This document shows positions 48,811 to 60,470 of a stretch of DNA of 64,000 bases, one piece after another. The DNA is taken from contig NW_024704742.1 of the NCBI RefSeq assembly GCF_018977255.1, positions 66,652,001 through 66,716,000 on the forward strand, written 5' to 3'. A model generated the notes under the pieces. The model worked only from the letters and a program-made list of their open reading frames with translations. It had not been told where the DNA came from and did not search any database. The translations under genes and the position numbers were made by a program. The stretch is from Callorhinchus milii. Lineage: Eukaryota. Each line of letters begins with the position of its first letter. Within the stretch, counting starts at the first letter, position 1.

Positions 48811-48849
48811 ACCAATGCACAATTCTGCCAGTTCTGAAAACAGCAGCAG

Positions 48850-50080
48850 ACACGGTTAGGCTATCATGCTGAGTGCACATTTGGAAGTACATTTCACTTG
48901 TCTGGGTCGGTTTTTTAAACAGAACTTTTAATAACATAATGAGCGAACATTTTAATTGATTTTCTCAACATTGTCACCAAATAAAGTAATTGACGCGTTA
49001 ACTGCTTCTCACTTTAATTCCCTCCCTCTCTCCTCTCTTTTCTCTTACCAGTCACAAATTATTTTTTTGACATAATTTTTTTTGACACAAAAGAAACCGG
49101 TTCATTATCTTAGAATTAGAATTGAATAACATCTCAACTAAGAGACAAAAGGCGAGGCTCTGGGAATAAAAAGCGGCCACTTCTGTTAAAGGCTGCATTA
49201 GAAAATGTTTCAGCCGATATGTAATGGACCATAAAATTTAATTTTAAAATGATATTACGCAAAGAATGATAGAATGATACCAGTCACAAAAGATCACATC
49301 AGCTCCCATCATTTCATTTTCCATGATACCCCTTCTATTCACCGGGCAGAGTTTTAAAAAAAATAAATGATTTAATATTATAGGGAATGAGGCACCAGCT
49401 CTTTTTTCTCTGCTGTGCTCCAGCACTTAAAAGTCAGAATTGACCAGTGGAGCCTTGTGTAATTACACAGATTTTCTTATCTTAACCTGTTTGCTGAAGT
49501 CATCCTGAAGAAAAGGTCTCTCTAATCCATTGGCTGTCTCATATCTCATTTACATTGGCGCTAATCCCTGACCTATCTCCACGTTTAGGTAATGACTTTG
49601 GGATTAAATTGCGCTCCTTTGCAATTCCTGCCTCAAATCTCCTCAACACATCAGTGAGGACCATCTGAATAGCCCTGTCAGCCCCGCGTTAATGCTACAC
49701 TGTAGGTACGTCTTGCAAGGCCCTTGGTTAAAAGGGAAAGAAAAACTTCAGGTACAAAAGGATTTCAAAGGGAAATGTGCTGTGATGTGCTTTGCTCTTT
49801 CTGTCTCTCCCCCACTATTCCCCCATCACCACACCACAATGCTCCTAGCACAATAGGAAATCGCTGACAACTCAGCAGTGCCCCTGGGGTCTGTCTCCTG
49901 AGCACATTGTCTCATTCGGCTCTTGTCAATTTACATACACTATGGGGGTCTGCTATCACACCACTGGCAGCAAACCACGTCCCTTATCTGCGATGGACTC
50001 TCATTTGTTATTTGCTTTTGCCAGAAACACACCCACACCCATTATTTCCACAATTCTTTTGAATAACAGGCAGCGCCCTA
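48850..50080. promoter_or_regulatory. Repeat-free block with HOX/CDX and K50-homeodomain motif clusters, candidate enhancer
   Basis: TTTAATTGAT, TAATTGAC, CCATAAAA (49229), TGATTTAAT, palindrome TGTGTAATTACACA (49456-49469), TAATCC (49523, 49562), GGATTA (49601). Confidence 0.45.
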
Positions 50081-50584
50081 ATGATACACACCTTATAGTA
50101 AATTCTGTGAAGCGCTTTGAGACGTCTCAACGATATGATAATGCCCTATATCAAACGCAAGCATTATTATTATTTAAATGTTTTTAAAACATTTTTTTAA
50201 TAATAATTCTTCTTAATAATATTAATCCTAATATTTGGTGCAGCATATTTCACATCAGGAGGACATCCCAAACTGCTTCACATGAGATATTGATACTGTA
50301 GTGAATGTGTGTTTAGTGGGTGAACACGGCAGCCAATTTGTGCATGACAGTGACCAACAAACAGCCATGAAGTGAATGACCATTTTTTTTTGTGTGGGTG
50401 GCCAAGACCTCGGGAGAAACTCCCGTCTCAAATAGTATCAAGGGATCTTTAGTGTGCACTGAATAGACAGATGGGACCACTGTTTAATGTCTCATCCAAA
50501 GCATGGTTGAGGAAGAAGATTCCCATCCACCTCCCTAACCCTATAACCTTCCCCAAGCCCCTCCCTAAACCCAGCCCTTACCTG

Positions 50585-50825
50585 TCTACAACAACAAAAA
50601 CAATTTGCATTTACACAGTGCTCATCACGTGGGGTAGCGTCCCAGAGCGCTTTACAGTAGTGGAGTCTGACCCCAAGCCAGGAGGAGAGGGAGGTGACTA
50701 TAAGCACAATTAAAAAGGAAGGTCTTTAGGTAGGATTTGAATGTGGGGAGGAGGGGGCAGATCGGATAGGTAGGGAGGTGCGAGGGCATGAAGGGATTTA
50801 AAAACGAGTGACAGGATCTTGAAAT
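50585..50825 (-). mobile_element. L2 LINE 3' fragment
   Basis: ORF PTFKSYLKTFLFNCAY; tail ACAACAACAAAAACAATTTGCATTT. Confidence 0.82.
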
Positions 50826-51517
50826 CGATTCGGTGCTCTCGCTGAGCTGGCCAACAATCCCTCCCTCCCCTCTCCCTCCCGAGAACAGATAAAAATTGGT
50901 CACTTTATGGCTGTTTCTGTGGGACATTGCTGAGCACATATTGACATTCATGCTGAAGTACACAGTCACTACACTTTACAGTAAAATGCTCCAGTTGGTA
51001 CCAGAGCACCAATTTCACCTGGATTGTGAATCTTTAAATGCACTGCAGGTGCAATATACAAAAAGCCACTCTTGAAGTTTGAGCTAATACTGTAACACGT
51101 GCCTGTACACAGAGGCCTGTTGTACAGTATTTCTTTTGCACCAAAGCAGGTGCAACACAGAGGCCATCTCCAGCGCGCTGTGCTGGTGAGTTGTAGTGCA
51201 TATAATGCAAGTAAAAGAGCAAATGTTTACTTAACCTATTTAGTCATCTCCAAATATTTGTGAAGCAGTGACTACATGATGCAGAGGTGACCTTGTGTAC
51301 TAATAGTGTGCGCAAAGACTTATTACTCGCAGCTGTGTTTAATGGTAGGCAAATATTTTCAGACTAATTTTTGATCGTTCTGCACCAACACATTCCCCTG
51401 CTTTGTCCTTCTCATACAATTAACCTTATGACTAATGACACGGCGTTTGACTGAAGTAGCAATGCGTGGCTAAGCGACTGCTGAATGAGCCAGTCCTGTT
51501 TAATGCAGCTACAGCGG

Positions 51518-51572
51518 GCACACGCACGCACACACATACAGACACAGACACACACACAGATGTACACACACA
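51518..51572. repeat. Imperfect (CA)n microsatellite
   Basis: CACACGCACGCACACACATACAGACACAGACACACACACAGATGTACACACACAC. Confidence 0.85.
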
Positions 51573-52289
51573 CATGCTTGCTCATGGCTGTGCCTTCGGT
51601 TGGAAACTCGACATCATTTCGCTCACAAGATATATAGTTCATTCATTTTACAGTATATTCTGTGAAATGTTTGAGGCGTCACAATGACGTGATAAGGCAC
51701 AATATCAAATGCAAGAATTATTATTATGATCTGAAACTGAAAGTTTGGGTGTGTGCATCTGTGTGTNAAAAAACCCCCACAGAGTTCATGTGATATGTGC
51801 TGTCAGTCAGGATTCTCTCTGGCCTGGATCTTAGCTTTACAGACAGAGAATTAATTTCTCCTGCTATCCTGGCCAACTATCCCTCCCTCCCCCCTTCCAA
51901 GCACAGATTAAAAATGGTCACTTCGTGGCTGTTTGTGTGGGACAATACTGAGTGCATATTGGCATTCACACTGAAGTACACTCAGTCACTACACTTTATA
52001 GTAAAATCTTGTGAAGTGCTTTGAGATGTTTAGAGACAATATAAGGCACTATATCGTATTCAAGGATTATAATTATCTCATCGGGAGGATGTTTTAAAGT
52101 GCTTAGCAGAATCCACTGTAACGTGTTTGACTGTGTGTTTTGTATGCGATGCCTCTAAGCAAAATAATTTACAAATACTGGTTCTTGGCAGCTCAGAAAT
52201 TACACCTGGTACTAGCCCTTTTTTCTTCCTGAAATTTAACATGATGCAGAATTGTGGAAAGTTCTTAAAGACACTCTTAATTTAGAATT

Positions 52290-52592
52290 AATTATTTTGA
52301 TAAACTGTAAAGTGTAGGGACTTTATTTTGTAGGTGAACACCATGGCCAATTTATACACAGCAATGAAATGAATGATGAATTTTACACGGGGGATATTTG
52401 GCCAGGACAAGGGGAGAAACTCCCTTCTTTTTTCAAATAGTACGACGGGATCTTTAACATCCACCTGAACAGGCATGTGGGACCTCAGTTTAACATCTCA
52501 TCTGAAGCCCGGCACCTCTGCTAATTCAATGCACCACAGCACTGCACTGGAATATCAGCCTAGACTAAAAGTCCCAAAGTGGGGCTTGAATT
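52290..52592 (-). mobile_element. DeuSINE (family B)
   Basis: GGGATCTTTAACATCCACCTGAACAGGC...GGACCTCAGTTTAACATCTCATCTGAAG. Confidence 0.85.
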
Positions 52593-53019
52593 TGACATTG
52601 GCTGCAGTAGGGGACTGAGATTGTGTGTTTGTGAACGTATGAACATGAATGGATTTTCTCCTGCTAAACAGACAGCTGTGGTCTGTAGTGCTCTAGCTGT
52701 AACAGCTTGTTACATAATTAATAGACTCATCATTAGACAGTGGCACATTGCCAGCTAAACCAGCATCACATTGTAGCTTGCTCCGCCCCTGAAAATCACC
52801 GTTATTGCATGCGTGGTGCATGATAGGTATTTGTTTGAATGGATTGGCAGGTGATAGATGTGTCTTTTTTTAAGTGAGCTGTACCTAAATTATTTTTTGG
52901 GTAGGAGGGAGGAAAAAACCTGAGCCCTGAAATGCCACCTAGTCTTGGCCTGTGAGAATAATCAATCGTCTGATCTTAGTGTTTTAAGATCACCAAGATA
53001 AGGTTACCAGGAAATCCTA

Positions 53020-53278
53020 AAGAGGTGTACACAATTCTGAGGGGCAAATAGGGAGTAAACTAGTAGGAATGTCAATAACTAGATGCCATAGTTTTAAGAT
53101 AGTCATAAGAATAGCAAAATGAGCGATTGTTGGGATGTGGAATGCTCTGCAAAGTAAAGTGGTGTAGACAGAGACCATTGTGGATTTCAAGAGGGAATTA
53201 AACAGGTATATGAAGGATAAAGACTTGTAGGAGTATAATGGGCTCAATGGCTTCCTTCTGTTCTGTAAATTTCTATGG
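53020..53278 (+). mobile_element. CR1 3' fragment, decayed
   Basis: WNALQSKVV*TETIVDFKRELNRYMKDK; UTR AATGGCTTCCTTCTGTTCTGTAAATTTCTATG. Confidence 0.78.
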
Positions 53279-53319
53279 GATGCATGGAACTCTTAAATTG
53301 TGGAAAATTCTTAAATTAA

Positions 53320-53687
53320 TTATAATAATAATCTTTGCATTTGATATAGCATTTTATCACCTCATTGAGACATCTCAAAGTGCTTCACAGAATGTATTGT
53401 AAAGTGGATTGACTGTATTTTTTGTGAGCGAAATGCGGCAGCCAATTGCGCACAGCAGTGTCCCACAAACAGTCATGAATTGAGAAACTCAATTTTCTTT
53501 TGAGAGATTATTAACCCCAGAAAGTGATCCGCCAATCGAGTGACAACCAGGTTCCTACTTACTGCTAGGTAAGTAGAGTAAGGATGTGGATTAAGGAAAC
53601 TTGCTTAAGGTTTTGCCCTGACTGGGAGTCAAACCTGGATTTCTCGCTTGCGATGCGAATGCTCTAACCAATTCGCTACAGAACTCC
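53320..53687 (-). mobile_element. tRNA/CORE-like SINE (family A), full length
   Basis: Tail; GGTTCCTACTTACTGCTAGGTAA; head revcomp GGAGTTCTGTAGCGAATTGGTTAGAGCATTCGCATCGCAAGCGAG. Confidence 0.9.
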
Positions 53688-54599
53688 TTAATTTAGAAGC
53701 ATTTTCTTTTTAACCATTGAGGAAGCTGGCATCGGAACTGAGATCGAAATGAAAGATTTTCCTTCTGAATTTTTTAAGATAAAACCACCCCACAACTTAA
53801 GACTAGGTGGAAACTCAGGCCTCTGCTTTATGGAGGATTCAATGCTATTCGGCTTTGGGGAAGTGCTGGCTTCACACTTTTGTCACCAGGTAATGGCTTA
53901 AAATCAGTAATAAATAAAGATCAGGTGCCTCTTTGCCTCATTGTTGTGCAGTGAAGCTCTCTCCCACTCAGGTTCATTAATATTATATCCAATCAATACT
54001 CCTCTTCCCATCCCCTCCTTCCCCTCATTTTAAATCTCATTCATCATTTTGCCCAGTGGATCATAATGTATGCAACTTGTAGGACGGATTGTCGTTGTTG
54101 GGACCGTGTTCATTCCAGCTGCAAACCACATAGCTTGCTGTTGAGAGCACCAAGTCTGACAAGGTTTCCTGCTGCTTGTCCTGCTAGGACAACCCTGGTT
54201 TGGCTTGCAGGGATAATAGATGCTGAACGGGAATCATTCCCTTCCTTTCCAAGTCCTACCAATGAGCCAGGCTGGCTGGGATGGGATCAGCAGTGCCCTG
54301 GAGAACTGCAGACCTGCTTGGCTCAGGAATCGGTCTCTGAGACCACCCCAAATGATTGATTCAGTTCTGACATTCCGTTGTGAAGTACGTCAACTTGGAG
54401 TCATTTCAGCTGTAACAAGACTCTGCTTACCTCCAGATGGTTCCTATGACTTCCATTTGACTCATTGATTCCTGCTGTTTTTTTTTAGTATGGGACCATC
54501 TTTCTAAAGCCTTTTCCCCACCTTTTTTCCATATCAATTGATTCCCTTGTAGGCCAAAAGAGAAATCTCTAACTTCTTGATCAGGTTTTACTTTGGATG

Positions 54600-55070
54600 A
54601 ACCGAGACATTAGAACAAGAGGACATAAGTTTAGAGTTGCAAAGAGTAATTTCTGGACAGACACCAGGAAGTTCTTTACTCAACTGGCAATTAATGTCTG
54701 GAACAACAACAACAAAGTGCATTTATATAGCGCCTTTCACGTCAGGAGGACATCCCAAGGCGCTAGACAATGAGAGGTTTGTAACCTGGCTGCAGGTTCG
54801 GATCAGAGAGGGGGGGAGGGCAAGGTGGGTGGAGGAAGGAAGATGACCGAAGTCACAGTTAAAAAGGAAGATCTTGAGATGGCCCTTGATGGAGGCAAGG
54901 TTGTTGTTGTTGCAACAGGTTGCCAGGAAGGGTAGCTGAAACCAGGACGCTGGATCATTTAAAAAGCAGTTTGATGCTGCGTTGGGAGGACGTCAGGGTA
55001 GGTGTTCTGAAGAGATGAGATCAGATGAGCCAAAGGGACTGCTTTATCGGAACCAATCTTGTGATCTTAC
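54600..55070 (+). mobile_element. CR1 3' fragment split by an L2 tail insertion
   Basis: RTRGHKFRVAKSNFWTDTRKFFTQLAINVWN | RLPGRVAETRT; octamer tail CTTGTGATCTT. Confidence 0.82.
54705..54912 (-). mobile_element. L2 3' fragment inserted in CR1
   Basis: (AAC)n tail, ATAGCGCCTTTCACGTCAGGAGGACATCCCAAGGCGCT, GGAAGATCTTGAGATGGCCCTTGA. Confidence 0.85.
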
Positions 55071-55398
55071 CCAATGAATAGTGCCTTGACTGCCTCCCTC
55101 TGCTGGCTGATTCTGTAATTACTCACTGTAGGCTTCAAATACTACTCTAATAGATAGATATTTGTGGAGGACAAGTTTACAAGACTATGGGGACAGAACA
55201 GGTGAGTGAGATTGATTTGGATAGCTCTTTCAAACAGCCGGCACAGATATAATGGGCCGAATGGCCTCCTTCTGTGCTCTATAATTGCATGATTCTATGA
55301 TTCTGTGATACTATGATATTTGGCTTAACTGATGAATTTGGTTTCCCGAAAAACATATTTTCAGGATTTTACATAACTAGAAATGCTTAATCAAATTG

Positions 55399-55486
55399 CT
55401 TTGGTCAGCCAGATGTCTGATGCATATGGAGATCCATCACCATCTTTAAGATTATCCAAAATGAGGCTTGGAATTCCACATATATC
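55399..55486 (-). mobile_element. Unclassified repeat family C, 3' end
   Basis: TTTGGTCAGCCAGATGTCTGATGCATATGGAGATCCATCACCATCTTTAAGATTATCCAAA. Confidence 0.72.
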
Positions 55487-55531
55487 AATAATAATCTTTA
55501 CAGTCGATATGGTACCTTTCACATCAGAAGG

Positions 55532-55830
55532 ACAACAAGAACAACAGCGACTTATTACATTTGTATAGAACCTTTTACATATGGAGGACATCCGAAAGCG
55601 CTGGACAATCAGGGATTTGGACCCGAGGACGGGTTGGAATCAGGAGGGTTGGATGGGAAGGAGGATAGGGGCAGGAGGGTAACCAAGGGTGTGGTCAAAG
55701 AGGAGGGTCTTGAGATGGGCCTTGAAGGAAGCAAGGGAGGGAGTTACAAAAAGTGGAGCAGAGAGGCTGAAGACCCAATCACCGATGGTGGGGCGGGCTA
55801 GGAGGGGTACATGGAGCAGGCTGGAGCACC
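55532..55830 (-). mobile_element. L2 3' fragment inserted into a SINE tail
   Basis: GAGGAGGGTCTTGAGATGGGCCTTGAAGG...GGCTGAAGACCCAATCACCGATGGTGG; (AAC)n tail directly after TCAGAAGGAC. Confidence 0.82.
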
Positions 55831-56029
55831 TTTATTTGTTGGCACCCCTAACAAAGTAGTGCTCCCCCGCCCCTCACTGGAGTGACAGGCTATACAATAA
55901 TAATAATAATAATAATATTCTTTACATTTGGTATATAGCTCTTTCAGTTCGGGACAAGTTTTCATAGGATTCACTGCAAAGCATAGTGGCTGTATGTTTT
56001 TGTAGGCGAAGGCCACAGCCAATTTGCGA

Positions 56030-56590
56030 GCTGCAAATTATATGGCTTTGTGTTTTGCTTTGTTTTACGATAACACATTTTTTATTTTGCTTTGTGTTAC
56101 AATAATAAAATTTAAATTTTGCTGGTGTTACGATGATAAAATTTGCCCAAAAGGCAGCAAGATGTCTGTGGGGGTTGATTTGTGTGGGGGGAAAAAAAGA
56201 CACAGACGCACACACAAAAGAGTTAACAAGTGATTAGTCGTGTGATACGTTTTTTCTTCTGCTGCGATAAAGACAGATAAACTGGTCCGTGCTCCCCGTG
56301 AAATAAAGAGAAAGCCTATCCCACTTCTGATCATTTATTATCCTCTGTATATCTTTTAATAAGATGTCCCTTAAGGTGGTGAAAAACAAGTGACGTTTCT
56401 TGCTGCAATACATATATCCTTTCGAAAACAATATCTCCTCATCGATCAAACCCCTCACAATATAAACAAGTGGAACTAAAAACGTCAAGCAAGCCCCCCT
56501 CCCACTCCCTGATCAAACCGATAAAAAAACATATTTTTTTGCGAAATGTTGAAATAATCACAGCCACGAGTTTTAAAAATTTTTTGTAAT
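56030..56590. promoter_or_regulatory. Repeat-free block with posterior-HOX, GATA and CUT-type motifs, candidate enhancer
   Basis: GTTTTACGATAAC, CAATAATAAAA, GATAAA (x4), ATCGATCA, TGATCAAA, retained CpGs. Confidence 0.4.
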
Positions 56591-57132
56591 GAAATAACAA
56601 TAATAATCCTGGCATTTCACGACAGAAGGATGTCTCAACATGCTTTGCAGGATTTCCAATACAGTACAGTGTGTTTTTTCTAGGTGAGCGCAAATGCTGG
56701 ATTGCTTCCTTTTATATTTAGTCAGGAGTCTGAAAGAAATATTAACATAATACTTATTACATTTTCCATCTTGCCTCCCCCCCATCCTCTCTATCTGTCC
56801 TCAAGTCCCGCCTACAATTGCCCCCCGACCTCGACCTTCCCACTCTATTCCCCCCTCCCTTGAATGCAAGTTGTTGTTGAGAGGGAGAGAGTATATATTG
56901 TAGACCTGAAATTCTGTCTTTCCTTAACTTGCGGAAATTGTCTTTATAGCTTAAATGCAAAGATTTTCCAACAGAATTGGAATTGGGAAGGAGAGCTTAA
57001 GAATATTTTTTGTCACATTTGTTGGGATGTGGAAGGTCCTGCCAAGTAAGGAGTTCAAGGCAGAGTGTATTGTGGCTTTCAAGAGGGAAGTATACAGCTA
57101 TATGAAGGATAAAGGCTTGAAGAGGTAGAAGG

Positions 57133-57748
57133 ATAATAATATAATAATAATCCTTACATTTGATAGAGCATCTTATCATGTTGTCGAGATGGCTCAAAGT
57201 GCTTCACAGGATATACTGTAAAGTGAATGGATTGAATATTTTTTGGTCAAATTTCAGCAGCCATGCTAAAAAGACAGTTTCTGCAAGTTAAGAGTAGATG
57301 GAATTTCAGGTCTACAATATATTCTCTCTCCCTCTCAACAACAACAACTTGCATTCAAAACCCTTCAGATAGGATAACATTTCAGAGCACTTCACAGTGA
57401 TGGAGTCAGACACTGAGCGGGGATACAGTGGGAAGGGGGAAGCGACCGTAGGCACAGCAATGTCCCACAAACAACCATGGAGTGATTGACCAATTTTATT
57501 TGAGGGATTGTTGGCCAGAACACCGGGAGAAACTCCCTTCCCTTTTCAAATAGGATCTTTAACGTCCATCTGAACAGGACCTCAGTTTAACATCTTATCC
57601 GAAGAATGGCATCTCCACAAATGCAACACCCCCAGCACTGCATTGGAGTGTCATCTTAGACTATTTGATTCTAAGTCCCGACATGGGGCTTGAACCCACA
57701 ACCTCCTGACTCAGAGGTGAGTGTGCAACCACTAAGCCAGGCTGACAC
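57133..57748 (-). mobile_element. DeuSINE (family B) interrupted by an insert (about 57263-57450)
   Basis: Tail to GCAGCCA at 57263, resumes GCACAGCAATGTCCC at 57452; Deu domain; head ending AAGCCAGGCTGACAC. Confidence 0.88.
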
Positions 57749-58089
57749 ACATACTGAACAGCTTGCTCTGAGACATGGTGCAGACTTAATGGGCTGGATG
57801 GTCTCCTTCTATGCTGAAAATTTCTATGATTCTACAAAGCCAGACTAAATTTGGAGGCCATATTTTTCCACCTTGTTAAAAAGAATCCTGCTTCCAAATT
57901 AAGACCAAAAATCAGAATCAATCACAATTCAGCACAAAAGTTTAGTTTTGAAGGTGAAACTGGCTTGTAGGCTAAGACCAGGCAGAATTCCGGACCTCAT
58001 GTATATTTAAGCATTGCAAAATTTGTTTTAGAAAAAGTTTACAATACCCCTCACATTGGGATGATGTCTTAAAATGCTTTAAGCATCTG

Positions 58090-58870
58090 AGCTGGAGGTT
58101 TGATTTTCCCCGGTATCTATATCTTTTTTCTGCCCAATGACTATGGACGTCTTTGGTGTCCTCCAGATTATATGGAGATTTTTGGCTGTAAAACAAAGTG
58201 TTCACTTATACCGGGGCCATTTATTGATGATGTTTAATTAATCTGTATTGTGTGAGATAAAATAGAGATAGTCTGCTACAATCAGCAATGTGTATCGACC
58301 TCCAAGTATTCCAATTACGGGGCTAACGTGACTGTGACCATAAAAGCCCTTAGGTATATTGTAGTTAACCTCTTAGTGACCCCACTCAGATGGAGGTCAG
58401 CTCCCAGTCATTTGACCTGAAACAGACCTTGACGTGGCAAAAGGCCTCTGGATACACTGCAAAGCGCTCTGGCTTGTACTCAATAAAGCAAACAACATTT
58501 CTGAACTGTAATTACATATGTCGTTACACGTGTAGCTCAGATATATTTTAATTAACGGAAGACAATTGTTTTTACTTTAGTCTAGTGCCCCCGCCGGAAA
58601 TCAGAACCTGCCGTTATTGCAAACTGGCTTATTAGATCATGGCCAAGCCCGATCGAAGCTTAAAACTAGAGGGAAGATCAAATTAGCCTGGGTTTGACCC
58701 GAACCGACCCCCATTCCCCCCCACCCCCACCCCACCCCATCACCACGCATCCTCGAACTGAAAGCTCAGATCTGGGCTGCCAGAAACAGGTTGAGTCAAA
58801 CTTCAACTCAGGCCACTGGGGCCGACTGATTTCTGATACCAGAAATCACATTGGGTTTAAGTTCCAAATG
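58090..58870. promoter_or_regulatory. Repeat-free block, candidate CNE
   Basis: TTTATTGATGA, TTTAATTAAT, CCAATTAC, CCATAAAA, TGACCT/GACCTTGACGT, TGTAATTACA, TTAATTAA. Confidence 0.4.
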
Positions 58871-59076
58871 TCTTAACTTTCACCCATCTTCAGGTTTGGA
58901 TGGCCAGTTCCACTCCTCAAGTTCTCTTCCTACTTCCCACCCTTCCTGATCATCCACGTTGACTTTGTGAGTTGCTTTGAGATGTTATCCTACATAAAAA
59001 GAGAATGATTCATCCTGTGGTCCTTCTGAACTTATCCCTGCAAAAAACCCACCCTATCAGCATCTCTACTGCATCT

Positions 59077-60058
59077 GTCAGTCTGGCTCAGTTGGTAGCA
59101 CTCTCACCTCTCAGAAGGTGTGGGTTCAAGCACCATGTTGGGACTTGGATTTCATATAGTCTATGCTGACACTCCAATCCAGTGCTGGGGCGAAGTGTTG
59201 CATTTTTGGAGGTTCCATCCTTTAGATGAGACATTAAACTGAGGTCCCGTCTGCCTGTTCAACAACAACAACAAAATTACATTTGTATAGTGCCTTCCAC
59301 ATCGGGAGAACATCCCATGTCACTGTACAGTCATTGTTTCAGACCTGAGCTGGGGTTCGGGATTGGGGAGGGTGCAAGGCAGTGGGGAAAGGAGGGTGAT
59401 CGAAAGCACAGTTGAAGAGGAGGGTCTTGAGATGGGCCTTGAAGGAGGCAAGGGAGGGGGCGAGACAGAGAGAATGCAGAATGGAGTTCCAGAGGGTGGG
59501 GGCAGAGTGGCAGAAAGCCTATCCACTAATAGTGGGGTGAGCAAGGCAGGGGACGTGAAGCAGGCCGGAGCCCGCTGAGAGGAGGGAGCGGGCAGGATGG
59601 TATGGGGTTTGGGGGTCGCAGAGGTAGTGGGGAGCAAGACCATGGAGGACTTTGAATATTAGGAGCAGGATCTTGAACTGTATCCTCTGTGTGATGGGAA
59701 GTCAGTGGAGTCGGGTGAGGATGGGGGTGATAGGGTCATGGAGCCTGTTGCGGGAGAGGACACAGGCTGCAGAATTCTGGATGATCTGCAGCCTATGGAG
59801 GAAGGAGTTAGGAGGCCGATAAGCAAGGAGTTTACATAGTCAAGCATCGATGTTATGAATGTACGTTCAGGTAAACTTTAAAGATCCTACAGCGCTATTC
59901 ATAAAGAGAAGGAAGTTTCTCCCAGTGTCCTGGACACAATCCCTATTCCCCAAACAAAAATACACATTCACTGCAATTTATAGTAATATCCTGTGAAGCA
60001 CTTTGAGACGTCCTCCTGAAGTGAAAGCTGCTAAGTCAAAAGTAAGGATTATTATTTT
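59077..60058 (+). mobile_element. DeuSINE (family B) split by an L2 insertion
   Basis: Head GTCAGTCTGGCTCAGTTGGTAGCACTCTCACCTC; Deu domain broken at CTGCCTGTTCA | GGTAAACTTTAAAGATCC. Confidence 0.9.
59262..59864 (-). mobile_element. L2 LINE 3' fragment with 5-bp TSD (GTTCA)
   Basis: LDYVNSLLIGL...; colinear with 19458-20060; GTTCA at 59257-59261 and 59865-59869. Confidence 0.93.
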
Positions 60059-60061
60059 TAT

Positions 60062-60470
60062 CCCAACACAGCATCAAACTGTTTGTTTTTTTAAAAAAGA
60101 GTCTAGCGTCCTGGACTCAACTCTGGGTAAAGAGAAACTTCCTGATATCTGGCCTGAAGTGGTCCTTTGCAACTGTAGACCCGTGTGCTCTTGTTCTACT
60201 GTCTTAGTGCATCAAAAAATTCAGTCCCATTTAAAATTTTATACACTTCTCTAAAGTACCATCTGAGATGTCTTCTCTCAATACTGAAGAGCATTAGCTT
60301 GCCGAGTCGTTGCTCGTAGCTCATTCCTCAAACCCTGGAACACTGGGAATCATTCTCATTGTTCTCCTCTGCACTGTCTCTAGGGCTTGAGCATTGTCAC
60401 AGTGACTAGTACTGTATGTAGGTGTGGCCCGACCTGACCAATATATAGCTTGAGTATGATATTGGGGGCA
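60062..60470 (-). mobile_element. CR1 ORF2 3' fragment, decayed
   Basis: ORF ...ALETVQRRTMRMIPSVPG; revcomp RTRAHG...RPDIRKFLFTQS. Confidence 0.78.

Noticed and set aside
54066..54468. Two overlapping ORFs in unique DNA
   Set aside because: No recognisable motif or convincing splice structure
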